From contig NW_024704743.1 in assembly GCF_018977255.1 (NCBI RefSeq), positions 44,518,001 through 44,582,000 of the forward strand: DNA of 64,000 nt, read 5' to 3'. Numbering within the stretch: position 1 is the stretch's first letter; each line of letters starts with the position of its first letter. Under the pieces are notes generated by a model. The model had not been told where the DNA came from, searched no databases, and worked only from the letters and a program-made list of their open reading frames with translations. The translations under genes were made by a program, and so were the position numbers. Below, piece after piece: positions 12,841 through 26,689 of this stretch. This DNA is from Callorhinchus milii (lineage: Eukaryota).

Positions 12841-13344
12841 CTTTGGTTTGCTTGGTTAACAGGAGCTGAGTGAGATGACTCCCTGCCCCCAGTGACTGGT
12901 CTGCCCTTCCAAGTCCTGCCAATGAGCCAGGCACTGTGCTGTCATCAGCAGTGCCCTGGGATACTGAAGAGCAATCTGGCTCAGGAACCGGACGAGTGAC
13001 CACAGAGGGTTGACTCGATTCTGACATTCCATTGCCAAACATAAAAACAGCACAAAGAGGCCGCAGCGACATGCGGGTCTATGCCCGTGTTTTATTGTCC
13101 AAAATCAGCATCAATTGCTCTCAGTAGTAATGGTTCCTGAGCTAGTCAAGTCTGAAGTACTCCAGCGAATTGCAGATGACACATCAGCCAGCCTGGTTCT
13201 CTCCCAATCCTGGCCAATCCCAGTTACAGAGATTGAATTTATTCCCCGTATGAAGCTCATCATTCACAGGTTGATGCAGGCTGTACAGTTTGTGCTTGTA
13301 CAGCCAAATCAGAGCAACTGATTGTTAGACCACATCTAGAGTAT

Positions 13345-13760
13345 TATGTTTAGTTCTCCCCACCCCCCCTTAGGAAAGATGCTAGACTCAGAGAGAGGAT
13401 GCAGAGGAGATGTATTGGAAAGATGAGTGGCTTGACCTGTGAGCAGAGTGTGGAGCCTATATTTACTGGATGAGAATATCAAGGGCAGGTGTGATGAAGT
13501 TCTTTAAAATAATGAGGGATATTTTGGGTAGATTCGTAGAATTTATTTCCACTGGCAAGTCAGTAAACTAGAGTATCGAATTAGCAGGAGAGAGGGGTAG
13601 GAGGATTTTTTGTTCCACAAAATTGTTAGGATGTGGAATGCCCTACTTGGAACAGTGATCAAGGTAGATATGTAAACAGGAACAATTTGAGGAACATGGG
13701 GGGGTGGGGGGGGAGTTGTTTTAAATAGCTTGGATACAATTGACTAAATAGCTAAAGCTA
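13345..13760 (+). mobile_element. Diverged CR1 LINE 3' fragment in an RPL15 intron
   Basis: GAGAGGATGCAGAGGAGAT...GGATGTGGAATGCCCTAC resembles the 27909-28812 element. Confidence 0.55.
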
Positions 13761-15194
13761 CCCTGCAGATAGATGATGTGATTTTCTCAGCTCCTCCTTT
13801 ACCTGCAATCTTGGATAAAACTGGAGGCGGTCGGGGGGCTAGTGAGAAGGGCATCGGGGGAATCAAGTGTGAAGGTTACAAAGCCTTATCTTGCAGTTTG
13901 GATAAATATCGGGAATAGGATTGTGCCTTTCCTCTCCCACCCTAGTTTATTTTTTGTTTGACTACATGCAGAACCCCATCACTGTGCTCAAATTTATCGA
14001 ACCAGAACATTCAACACCTACACGTAAAACTTTCCGTGACTAGAATGGAATATGCACTCTCCTTCGAGGGACCACCCTGCATACCTAATTCTGGAGAACA
14101 TTAGGTGTAGGCTAGCAAGAGCCAAGGCTTGGGACCCCAGAGTGCGTTGGCGTGCTGCTGGATACTAACCGGCCAAAAACCGCAACCCTTGCCATTGAAG
14201 CATTGTCTAGCAAGCTTCTCACTGCTTACCTAGCTGAGACTACCTATCTGTTAGGGCTTTGGCTTGCAGGGTTAACAGTAGATGAGTGGGAAGACTACCT
14301 GCAAGCACCTGTCTGCCCCTCTTAGTCCTGCCGATGAGACAGGTTGGCTGGTATGCCATTAGCTCTGCACTGTACTTCAGGCTTGCCTGGCTTGGAAACC
14401 ATTGCTACCAAGACCATCTCACAGGGCTGACTCGATTCCGACATTCCTTTGCCAAGTATGTCATGTTGAAGCCACTTCAGCTGCAAGGAGACTCCGTTTA
14501 CTGACCACACCACTCCTTCACAGAAGACACATTTAGGGGCAGTGAGGTCTATTTTAACTCCACACAGATTGAACCTTGAATGTTGCAGCTTTCTCATCAA
14601 ATCATTCCAGGTGATGCCTTTACCAACTGAGCCATCAAAGGACTGTTAAAGCTGCATTTTTAAAAGGCCTTAAGCAATAGATACTAGTGCTTTGGAGCGC
14701 AGATTCCTCCATAGGAATTGTTCTGGTTCAATATTTGGAAAACATTGTTGGTGTATCGAGGTAGTCTGACTGAACTGTTGTCATACTAAAAGTTTTCCAT
14801 GTTATTGCATGGTAGCAAATAGACTAACTATTGTTGCTTAAGTCTATGTTGGCAACAGTGGGGATTGTGATGCAGAAGTGGGCAAAAATGTTGCTTGCCT
14901 GTATTATGCAAGGTTATTGGAATAGGGCTACAGAAAGGCCCATGGTAAGTCCTTACAGTCTTCAGCACTTTGTTATATGTGCGGTCTTGGGGAGCAGCGG
15001 TAGGGGGTGGGGAGAGAGAAATTGAGAGACTGAGACAGGTGACAAAAGTACTGAGACCAAGCACAATGTGGTACTTTAATCTCACCAACTCCTCACAGAA
15101 TATTTTTTTTGATTAACCTCATGTTTGTACAGTATTTTGCATGCTGACCAATTACGATTATGATTTTTCATGTGTGTTTTTTCTGTTTCATTGA

Positions 15195-15816
<622 letters not shown>

Positions 15817-16635
15817 TTAAATGCAGTAAACCCCTGCTTACCGTATTTCAGGTGTCCAGAGTTCGAACATAGGCCCGAAACCAAATAATGAGTGTAGATA
15901 CCTGTTAGCCCACTTGCCTAGCACACGCCAATGCTGTGCTGCACAGCCTCACCAACCTTCCTGGTATTCTCAGTGGCCAAGAATAATGACTTTGACTTAG
16001 ATTGTTCAAATCCCTGAAGCAGAAGATAGGTTATTCGCTATTTTCTGCTTGCGGGATTTAAAGGAATTACAATGCTGGTGCTGGCATTTGCTGCAATTTT
16101 CGAAAAATGTCAGTACTGGCATGTAATTACACAGTTGTAAATTTTGCTGGACCATATCCTCCTTAATAGTCCAGTTAGCCTAGGTATAAATGTAGGTTTA
16201 ATTGCCATTCATATATTTCTTTGTTCCTTTGTTAACCAGGTTTACATTAGATGAGATTTGAGATTAAAAATCACTTGTCTGATAATTAAATTAGCAGGAT
16301 TAAGGTTCAAAAATATATATTTTAAACCCTAATAGTCGAGGTCCTAATTATGATAAAAAAAACGATTTCCATTTGACACCGGACACATCCAATTGAGGGT
16401 AGTATTAATTTAAGCCTATTGCTGGAACATTTTGCTATCCAACAGAGCTGTAGTGATTTAGAACTCTCAACTATGAACTTTTATGATAAATAAGAATCCT
16501 TAACATTTATAGTGTCCTAGGACTTTCCTTTCAGGAAATTATTTATTCTAAATTATTTGTTCACTTGTATTTCAGTTCTGAGAATTCTTCAACTGACCTA
16601 ACCCATGTCCATATGATTTTTTTTTCTCCCCTTAG

Positions 16636-16941
<306 letters not shown>

Positions 16942-16967
16942 TATGTATGCTGTATATTTCCTTTGGC

Positions 16968-16973
16968 AATAAA
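16968..16973 (+). terminator. RPL15: RPL15 polyadenylation signal
   Basis: AATAAA about 27 nt after the stop codon, T/GT-rich sequence downstream. Confidence 0.8.
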
Positions 16974-17774
16974 ACATCTTGTTTGAAGCATATTTGCCTG
17001 TCCAGTTTTACACCTAAAATTATGTGAAATTGGGGTGTGATCTGTTCCTTTTTTTAAAAAGAAAGTTTATTTTAATACCTTTCTTGATTTTGTTGTAATA
17101 CTTGTTTTTGAGTTTTCCTTTTTTCCAGACTTTGAGATCATCCAGAATATTGATGCATCCACTTTTTCTTTCTGATTTATTGAATACTGCTTCTTTTTAA
17201 GATTTGCAGTCAACTTGGTAACGCTCATTTTTTTGTGTAATTTAGTTTTGTCCCCCAGGTATGAACTTTACGAAATGTATTGGATCATGGTGATTGGAGT
17301 GCTTTAGAGTATTTTAGTACCATCATAAGGAAACCACAACAAATTAGACTGAATGAATTTACAAATCAAAATAGCAAGGAATCTTGTTTTTCTTCTTGTG
17401 CTTTAATGCACCAGAATTTCTAAGCTATGTAGCTTTTCATGAATTCATGAAACCATCAATTACATGTAAGTTAAATGTCCAGTCAAAGATCCTGCATTGT
17501 GAAAAGGTATTTAAAGATTCTACTCTGAAAATCCTTAGAAGCAAATTATATTCTACTGCAATGAAACCACAATAACCCAAATTCCTCTCCTCCCCTCGCC
17601 CCATAAATTCAATCGCTTTTCACATGCCCAGGTCCTTGGGCATGATTCCCATTTAATTACTTGATTTACCTCTTGGTCTCGTGCTTTTCACGTGTTTAAA
17701 TTTGCCAGTAGTAAATGAAAAACTTGTAACAAAGGACTTGCAACAAAATACAAATTTGAAATAATCAAGTTAGT

Positions 17775-18712
17775 GCTCTTACCCTCAACTCCATGACCAC
17801 CGATGTCCTGACAGTCTGCCTGTCTGACATTGAGTACTGGACGAGAGACAACTTTCTTCAGCTCAACGTGCGCAAAACTGAGGCCCTCCTGATTGTCTCA
17901 CGTCAGCGTCTCCGCACCTCAGGCGCTATCAGCATCCAAGGCTGCGCTCTCCACCTCAAAGCCACTCAGGAACCTCGAGGTTCTGTTCGACCCTGAGCTG
18001 TCCTTTCTCCCTCATATTCGCGCCACAACTGGCGCCGTCTTCCATCACCTCCGGAATATCGCCAGACTACGGCACTACCTCACCCCTCACGCTGCTGAAA
18101 CTCTGGTCCACGCCTTTATCACCTCAAGGCTGGACTATGGGAACTCTCTCCTCGCCGGCCTTCCCGCCACCTCCCTCCACAAGCTGCAGGTCATTCAGAA
18201 CTCTGCAGCTCGTGTACTGTCCCGCACCAGGCTTCGCGACCACATCACTCCCACCCTCGCTCGCCTCCACTGGCTCCCCATCCCCCAGAGGATCGAATTC
18301 AAGATCCTCACCCATTCACGGCCTCGCTCCCTCCTACCTCTCTGACCTACTATCCCCCTACCTACCTGCCCGTACCCTCCGTTCCTCTGGCTCCGGTCTG
18401 CTCCACATCCCCCACCCTAACCGCCCTACCATCAGTGGCCGGGCTCTCAGCCCCGAGGCTCTGGAACTCCATCCCCCAGTGCCTTCGCCTTGCTTCCTCC
18501 CTTTTCTCCTTCAAGGCCGGTCTCAAGACCTTTCTCTTTGACCGTGCCTTCAGCTCCCCTCTCGACTCTCTACCCCCTCCTCGCTCCCTCCCCTCCCTTC
18601 CCTCCCCTCACCCTGACCATTTCCCTCCTGCTTGGGTCCCGACCCAACTGTCCAGAGCCTTGGGACATCCTCTCGATGTGAAAGGCACTCTATAAATGAA
18701 ATATTGTTGTAT
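17775..18712 (+). mobile_element. L2-clade LINE 3' fragment (young)
   Basis: CLSDIEYWTRDNFLQLNVRKTE, FDPELSFLPHI...SRLDYGNSLLAG...LHWLPIPQRIEFKIL with frameshifts. Confidence 0.92.
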
Positions 18713-21329
18713 TAAAGCTGACAGCTAGGATATCAAGCCCTATGGTTGGCTTAGAGCTTTGGTTAATTTGCTGATGCTGTGTCAGCTTGGCTCAGTCGGA
18801 AGCACTCTTGAGTCAAAAGGAAAGGTTGCCGGTTCAAGCCCCATGCTGAATCTTTGAGCTCATAACACTAGCGAAGGGCCGAATGATCCGTGTCTACCCT
18901 GCACTGCATTTGAAGGCCTGGAGATCCTACAAATACCCAAGGTCACCACCTTCTGCCTCTCAGGGCCACCACCACACACAGACACGGAGGGAGACAGAAA
19001 CAGACAAGGACACACAGACACAGAGCGAGAAACACAGACCGACAGACTCACAGATACACACAAACAGGAGAGAGAGACACACATTCACTCACACAGACAT
19101 ACAGAGGAGAGACACAGGCAATCTCAACAGTGGGACCTTGGGGTGAGCGAAGCCCATTTCCCGCTTGCGCTGCACCGTGCACTCCTCATACCAATGTCTG
19201 CATATTCATTCATGTCCACTAACCTCAGCTACAAATCCATCCTCTCCCTTCACTTAGCTAATTAGGGTTTGCTGCTCTGACCACTCGGTTCAATGATCGG
19301 TGGCCAAGCCTTTAGTTCCTACGTCTCTAACTTTTGGAACTTTCTCTGCCAATTCTTTCTCGCCCTCTGTTTAATTCTTGCTTCAAATCCCACCTGTTTG
19401 AACTCTTATGGCCATATTCAACACCCTCCCCACCACCACCCCACCTTTGCATGGTATCCAACCCTATCCCTGTGAGACATTGCGAGACATTATATAAAGG
19501 CAAGTAGTTTTTCAGCAGGGTTCATTGCATAATGATTAGCAATGGCAATCCAGGCTGGTCTTAGGGGTGGACCTGAAGAGTTCCCACCAGATATTTGGAT
19601 ATCTGGAAAAACTAAAGACTTAAGGGAAATTTGTGTTCAATTTAAGCTGCACTGACATATTAGTTGGGTCTGTCGTAGCTGTTGCAACTGAATGCCTTGA
19701 GCCTTTATTATGCCTTCAGGAAGCTGGGAACAATCCAAGACTTTGAATATTCGCCATCCATCTTTCGAATGGCCATGAATTCTTTATAGTCAAAGCTCAG
19801 TGAAGCCTAACTAGAATGCATGTCAAACAGATTGTTTCTACCTTTGAAGCAGTGATTTATTTATTTTTAATGTTGTGTTTTTCTTGTTTTTCCTGGTAAT
19901 CACTGCTGCTCCAGGGTCTGTGGTGTAGCAGACCAGATACAGTACATGTATCCTATATACAACCTCTTGCAACAGAATTGCTACGTGCTGTTAACATGGC
20001 CTCATTCAGTCAATTCCTCTACTGATCAAAACAAACTGATGCAAATAATTGCTGCTAGCCATTGCCATATTAGTGAGTATTCCATACTGGAGGTCACTTT
20101 ATTTTTATTAACTCCAATTGTGACTGACTTTGAGCTGAAGTACTAGTTGATAGAACCTCCAGTTTCTGCAGGGTTGGATTGCCTTATCTCGGAATTAGGA
20201 ACAGAGAAACAGGACAAAGCCATCCAGCTATCATAACTTATTAGATCTTGGTAGATCTTTCAATCCCATTTCCCCACATTTCTGAGCTGAATGCAAAGTA
20301 CACAAACCTTGTTAAGAGGTCTATTGTTTGCTCTCTCCAATTTTCATTCAGCCCTGCTGGGCCTTAGTGTTTGCATTTTCCAGACAGGTACAGTCATTGC
20401 TGGTGCAATGGGATCATTGTACAATTGTTGATTTAAGGTTCACTGTTTCAGTTTTGCAAGTAAATCTCCTCTGATATGTGGTGTAGCATATTGGATCAGC
20501 TTTCTTTACATTAGAGTGGATGCAAGCATCTTTCACAATTTTGTTGTGGTTGAAACTGTTGCAATTCCCAGTTGAAGACTTATTTTTTGTTTAATTTCAA
20601 TTGCAGCTACATATTACTATACAAGGATGCTGTACCAGCACTTGGGATACAAGTTCGGATCTGATTATAGTCCTTCTCCCCTCACTGACCACTGTACATA
20701 TTCAATGGAAAGACAGTTAGCTGCAATAATTGGGACCAGCTCATTGCTGATAAGCAAATAGTGTAGACATTTGGACATCACGCAAAATAAATTGTCTACA
20801 GTTCTAACTGAAAAGAATTCCATCAGGAATTTCATTGACAAAAGGTTCTGATGAAAGTTCATTGCCCTGAAGTGTTAACTCATTTTCCTCTCTCCATAGA
20901 TGCTGCCTGACCTGTTGCGTGTTCCCAGCGACTTCTGTATATCACTTTACAGAAATCTCTGAGAAAATTCTTGAGATGTTTTGTTGTGATCAGGTGCTGT
21001 ATCAAATATAATGATGATTATTATTTTCATTAATATAAATACTTGTAAGGGAAAATGGAAATGTCACACTAATGCAGCAGAGGGTGCTCTTCTTACTTTG
21101 CACAGAGTATAGAAAGAATTACATTGCATTTAGATGTGCCGCACCCTAACTCAAAGTGCTTTATGCTCTAAAAATACTGACTATAAAGATTAGAAAGGAT
21201 TCCCTTTCCCAGAATAGATAGATTTAATCTTCAAAACAATTCCACATAGGAATATCGTTGTGTACATAAAAAGGAAAACATATTTTTAAGTGAATAATGC
21301 AAGCTTGAATTATCTCATGCACTTGTGGG

Positions 21330-21905
21330 GATTGTAGGGGAGCAAGATGACCAAAGATGTGCTCAAAGTTCTTGGACTTTGAAGGAGGCCTGGAAAAGGG
21401 TGAAGCAAAAGGATTCTGTAATATAGTTCCAGAGGGTGGGGGCAGAAAGCCTGAAAGCCCAACTGCCGATGATGGTGCAAGCAGGGCGGGGGACATAAAT
21501 CAGGCCAGTGCCTGCCAAGCGGAGGGAGTGGGTGGATTGGCAAGGTTTGAGAAGGTCACAGAGGTAGAGTGGGGCAAGACCGTGGAGGAATTTAAAAAGG
21601 AAAATGAGGATCTTGAATTCGATCCTCTGGGGGATGGGGAGCTAGGGTAGCTGGGCAAGGACCAGGTGATAGGCTCTCAGAGCCTAGTGAGGGAGCAGAC
21701 ATGAGTGGCAGAGTTTTGGATAGTCTGCAGCTTGTGGAGGGAAGAGTTGGAAGGTCTGGTGAGCAGAGAGTTGACGTAGTCAAGCCTGGATGTGGTGAAA
21801 CCATGGATAGAGATCCCGGCCACCCAAGGGGAGAGGTAGTGGGACCTAAGGGGAGAGGTAGTGCGACCCAAAGGGAGAGGTAGGCAATGCTGTGGATGTG
21901 GGGGA
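21330..21905 (-). mobile_element. L2-clade LINE fragment
   Basis: SRLDYVNSLL...LHKLQTIQNSA on -. Confidence 0.82.
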
Positions 21906-22959
21906 AAGCACATGCAAGACAAAACATGTCTTTCATGTAAACCAAGCAAGACACAGCCCTAGCAGGTAGGGTGGTCCCAGCTGGACAAACAACAGAAAAT
22001 TTGTCAGTCAGTGCCGCAGCCACTCCCTCCATTCGGTGAACACCACCTGCTTCACCGCTCACTCCATCCCTCACTTCCCACCACACTTTAATCCGGCTTA
22101 AAACCTTTCTTTTTGTCACCATTCCCCCCCACCCCCCACCTTCCTCACCTCCTCCCACCCCCAGCTCAGGCTCCCAACCAATTCTGTAAAGCATACAAAC
22201 ACCTGACTTGAAAGACACTATGTAAACATAGGATTGTTGAAGTCTTACGGTTTCAGTTGGTTAGACTCTAGCAACACTCTGATGCACACTCTAAGACCTG
22301 AAGCCTTGGCTCTTGCCACCCTGCTCCTAATACTCTTCAGAATTAGCGAAAGCGTGTGGGAAGAGAATGCACATTGCATTCCAGACACCGGAAAATTTGC
22401 TTGTGTAGGTGGTATACACATGTAGAACTATGCCTGGTTTGACTACTCTTAAAGCACGTTGAGAGGTTTCAGCGGAAACCACTGATCAAACAAGATCCTA
22501 TTTTGCCCCCTCTTTGGAATCAGAAAATCTATAGTTTTAATGGTCACTTATTCAAAGTTTATTGGTACCTATATACGTGGACGTTAATGATAATAATCCC
22601 ATGTCACTGCTTGAAAAAAGGAGGGAATCTCTCCTGGTGTGCTGGTCAACAATACCCCAAATAAAAATTGGTCATTGATTTTTGTGGGACATTGGCTGTT
22701 TGTGGGACATTGCTGTGTGCAACTGGGCTGCCCTGAGTGCCTACAAATACCCATAAACTTGTGAAGCAAATCTTGTGAAGCACTTTGACAAGTGAACCTG
22801 ACATGTAAGACTCTATATGAAATGCAAACATAATTATTGTTTATCTGTATTGAACTTGATTTGCCATTCATTAGCTTATGCACATATCCTCTATTGATAA
22901 GACCTTTGTTGCCTCCTCTGATTCTACATTAATTTGATTACCTGCTAACCCCAAATCAA

Positions 22960-23300
22960 CTTGTCCGCTTCTTCTGCTCAGCAAGCTCCGGCCTGCTCCA
23001 TGTCCCCTGCCCAGCCCACGCCCACTATTGGTGGTCAGGCCTTTAGCTTCTCTGTCCCCATCCTTTGGAGCCATATCCCACATTCCCTTTGTCTTGCTCC
23101 CTCCCTTGCCTTTTCAAAGCATGTCTCAAGACCTTCCTATTTGACCGCACATTTGGCCACCCTCTTAGCCCTACCCTCCCTGGCTTCCACCTCCCCTGAT
23201 CCCAACGCCCTGCTCGGGTCCAATTCCCTGACTGTCCAGCGCCTTGAGATGTCCCCCCACATGAAATGCACTTTATCAATGTAATTTGTTGTTTGTTATT
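22960..23300 (+). mobile_element. L2-clade LINE 3' fragment
   Basis: PTIGGQAFS...LW motif plus tail. Confidence 0.8.
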
Positions 23301-23718
23301 CTTGATGTAACCACTTTGCACTGAGTTTATATAACCAGGTCATAAATGTATAGATGAGAATTAGGGGGTGGAGTCACAGTGTAAATACACTATGTACATG
23401 ACTTCCCTCAGTCAATTTGGGATGTCAATACTTGAAACGTGAGATAGCTTGAAGAACAGATGTGGAAATTAGATTAGGAGACTTGTCATGATCTAATAAA
23501 CTGGTGAAACAGTCTGGATGGGCTAAATTGCATCCTCCTGCTCCTCTCTTCCTAACTGCACCCACAGAAAGCAAAATAAGGCACATCTAACAGTACTTAA
23601 TTCAACAGCTGCAGTCACCTCCAAAAATTTACCCTGATGTTGTGGAGTGCAATGCTATTGATATGTATGTCCCTACCAATATATATTTGTGATCCGTTTG
23701 AAAAAAGAGTACTGTACA

Positions 23719-24090
23719 AGTCCTGTGGCATATTGGTTGGAGCACTTGACTTGCAAGCGAGTGGACCTGGGTTCGATTCCCAGGCAGGGCTAAACGTTAG
23801 GCAAGTTAACTTACTCCATACGCCTTGATTTACCCGGCGGTAAGTCGGAACCTGGTAGTTAGTCGTTTGGCGGATTGCTTTTCTGGGGGTAACAATCCCT
23901 TCAAAAATAAATTGAAAAAAATACTAATTTGGTCACTCAATCCACGACTGTTTGTGGGACACTGCCCTAAGCCATTGGCTGCCGCGTTTACCCACGGAAC
24001 ACACAGTCGATTCGCTTTACAGTATATTCCGTGAAGCGCTTTGAGACGCCTCGAAGACCTGATCAGGCGCTACGTCCAACGCGAGGCACA
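23719..24090 (+). mobile_element. tRNA-derived SINE, older long subfamily
   Basis: GGTTCGATTCC B box, central segment, diverged tail. Confidence 0.82.
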
Positions 24091-24300
24091 TCAAGCTTTA
24101 CAAATGCGCATGTTTTAAAACAATCTGACAGTTTATCTCGGAAGCTCTCTTCGACGCCGGTTTACACAACTGGATGGACGCCGTTGAAATCCCTCTTCAA
24201 TCCCATCTTCTTTTTTTGGGGACAAATGCCTGGAGGAGCCTGCGGGGGGGGGGGGGGGGGGTGGGGTCTGCTGCTGCTGCTGCTGTTGAACTTGCATTGC

Positions 24301-24319
24301 AAAGTGTGTCACTGGGGCA
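24301..24319 (+). promoter_or_regulatory. RevDR2 / ROR-response element in the NR1D2 promoter
   Basis: AAAGTGTGTCACTGGGGCA: A/T-rich flank + GTGTCA-CT-GGGGCA DR2, as recalled for the human Rev-erb alpha promoter autoregulatory site. Confidence 0.75.
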
Positions 24320-24382
24320 AAGGGGGTGGGGGGGGGGAGGGGGAGACTGAGGGAAATGAAGCGGGTGGGAGGAGCCACTGCA

Positions 24383-24401
24383 GAAGTAGGTCACATGGTA
24401 A
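24383..24401 (+). promoter_or_regulatory. Second RORE / DR2-like element in the NR1D2 promoter
   Basis: GAAGTAGGTCA (near consensus WAWNTRGGTCA) followed by CA-TGGTAA; CCAAT boxes at 24434 (-) and 24481 (+) nearby. Confidence 0.65.
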
Positions 24402-24699
24402 CACGCAGGACAGCAGCGCCTGGAGAGTGAGTCATTGGCAGTTAGGAGAGCCGAGCGGTTAGACGGTCACACAGTCAGACCCAATATAGCGCTGCACTAC
24501 AGCAATCGGGAACACACACACACTCACTCACACTCACTCACCGCCGGGAGGAGGAGGAGGAGGAGGTCGATACCATCTCCGGTGACGTCCTCCAGACGCT
24601 CGAGACACCTCTCATCGGTATTTGGGGCGAAGAAAACCGCCGTCACAGGATCATGATCCCCCGTACACCCGACATCTGGTGACCCGCGCACCTCAGCCT

Positions 24700-24885
24700 C
24701 TCCCACTCGCTCGGACACTCTCCCCCCCACACCCCTCCCCCTCACACTCCCCACCCCCCCCTCCCCTTCACACTCCCCCCTCACACTCCCCACCCCCCCC
24801 TCCCCTTCACACTCCCCCCCTCACACTCCCCCCCCCCCTCCTCCCTCCCCCTCACACTCCCCCCTCACACTCAGCCCTCCCTCTC
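24700..24885. repeat. C-rich tandem repeat in the putative NR1D2 5' UTR
   Basis: CCCCCTCACACTCCCC-type units. Confidence 0.85.
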
Positions 24886-24922
24886 ACTCCGCCAACCAAC
24901 CGCCCGATTGACTCGTTGTGAA

Positions 24923-24944
24923 ATGGATGGTAACGGCCTCTCTG
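24923..24944 (+). CDS. NR1D2: NR1D2 putative coding exon 1 (MDGNGLS-G, phase 1)
   Basis: ATG GAT GGT AAC GGC CTC TCT G|gtgagc in a CpG island downstream of the ROREs; short phase-1 first exon like mammalian NR1D2 MEVNA-G. Confidence 0.6.
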
Positions 24945-24954
24945 GTGAGCAGCG

Positions 24955-25350
24955 GCGGGGGCCCGGGGGGGGGGGCGGGGCCCGGGGGGGCGGGGCCCGG
25001 GGGGGGGGAGCGGCGGGGCCCGGGGGCGGGGGCCCGGGGGGGGAGGCCCGGGCGGGGGAGGCCCGGGGCGGGGGCCCGGGGGGGGGAGCGGGGCCCGGGG
25101 GGGGGAGCGGCGGGGGCCCGGGGGGTGGGAGCGGGGGCCCGGGGGGGAGGCGGCGGGGCCCGGGGAGGGAGGCGGCGGGGGCCCGGGGGGGGGGCGGGGG
25201 GCCCGGGGGGGGGCGGGGGCCCGGGGCGGGGGAGGCCGGGGCGGGGGCCGGGGGGGGGGGAGAGCGGGGCCCGGGGGGAGGCGGCGGGGGCCCGGGGCGG
25301 GGAGGCCGGGCGGGGAGGCCCGGGGCGGGGCCCGGGGGGGGGAGAGCGGG
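24955..25350. repeat. Near-pure GC repeat (GGGGCCCGGGG...) at the start of NR1D2 intron 1
   Basis: ~20 irregular units of GCGGGGCCCGGGGGG. Confidence 0.9.
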
Positions 25351-25454
25351 TCTGAGCCGCACTTTCCCGGCAACGTGACTGGAATAATGTGTTTTTTTGG
25401 AATATATGACATGATGCCGTCCATTAACCCAAAGCCACTGACAGCCTCAGCCTG

Positions 25455-26050
25455 AGGGGGGGGTAGGGGGGGGGTGTGTATGTGGGTGTGTGTGTGTATG
25501 GGTGTGTGTGTGGGGGGGGGTGTATGGGTGTGGGGGGTGGGGGTGTGTGTGGGGGGGGTGTGTGTGTTGGGTGTGTGTGTGTATGGGTGTGTGTGGGGGG
25601 TGGGGGGGGAGAGTGTGTGTGGGTGTGTGTGTGTATGGGTGTGTGTGTGTGTGTGTGTATGGGTGTGTGTGTGGGGGGGGGTGTATGGGTGTGTGGGGTG
25701 GGTGTGTGTGTGTATGGGTGTGTGTGTGGGGGGGGTGTGTGTATGGGTGTGGGGGTGTGTGTGTGTGTATGGGTGTGTGTGTGGGGGGGGGTGTGTGTAT
25801 GGGTGTGTGTGGGGGGGGTGTGTGTGTGTGTGTATGGGTGTGTGTGTGTGGGGGGGGTGTGTGTATGGGTGTGTGTGGGGGGGTGTGTGTGTGTGTGTGT
25901 ATGGGTGTGTGTGGTGTGTATGGGTGTGTGTGTGGGGGGGGTGTGTGTGGGGGGGTGTGTATGGGTGTGTGTGTGTGTGGGGGTGGGGGTGTGTGTGTGT
26001 GTGGGGGGGTGTGTGTGTGTGGGGTGGGTGTGTGTGTGGGGGGTGTATGT
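25455..26050. repeat. (GT)n / poly-G compound repeat
   Basis: GTATGG(GT)nG(n) units. Confidence 0.95.
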
Positions 26051-26689
26051 TGCTGTTGTGCCCCCTGTCCTCACTTGGCTCCTGTCTGGTCGGGTTTCGC
26101 TTTATTTCCTGTTGCAAAGCTTTCGGATCAGCAATTCTCGAACTAATGTTAAAGGAAACGAAATACTGCAGCGAACCCACACCAGTGCTGGGGGGGGGGG
26201 GGGGTTGCGTCTGTGTGTGGGTGGGGGGGGGGTCTGTGTGTGGGTGGGGGGGGGGGGGGGGTTGTGTGTGAAGGGTTAGTTATTTTGCGCTATCAGTTTT
26301 TGGGTGGATTCTTCTGAGGAAAGGAGAGACAAAAATCAGTCACGTTTTGCAACAACAAAAAACCCACCTACCTAACGTCATTCTTTTTGCATTGCGTTTC
26401 TTTTTATAACTCTGCCGGGTGTTTTACAATCTTGCCACAATTGTTACCATTAAAGTAATACTGCATATTATTCTATGGCAAAAGCGACTGTGGTCAGAGC
26501 GCATTTTTGTATTTGCAGCTTGCCAAAAATATAATAATAATAATAATAATTATTATTATTAAATAAACCCGAGTTGCATCTATGCTGCTGCTGCTGAGTG
26601 AGTGCGAGTGCTCCTGGTAGTGTAACAAGGGTCAAGGTGGGGGGGAGGGGGCCTCTATTCACTGTGCTGTGTATGCATTTCTATATCCT

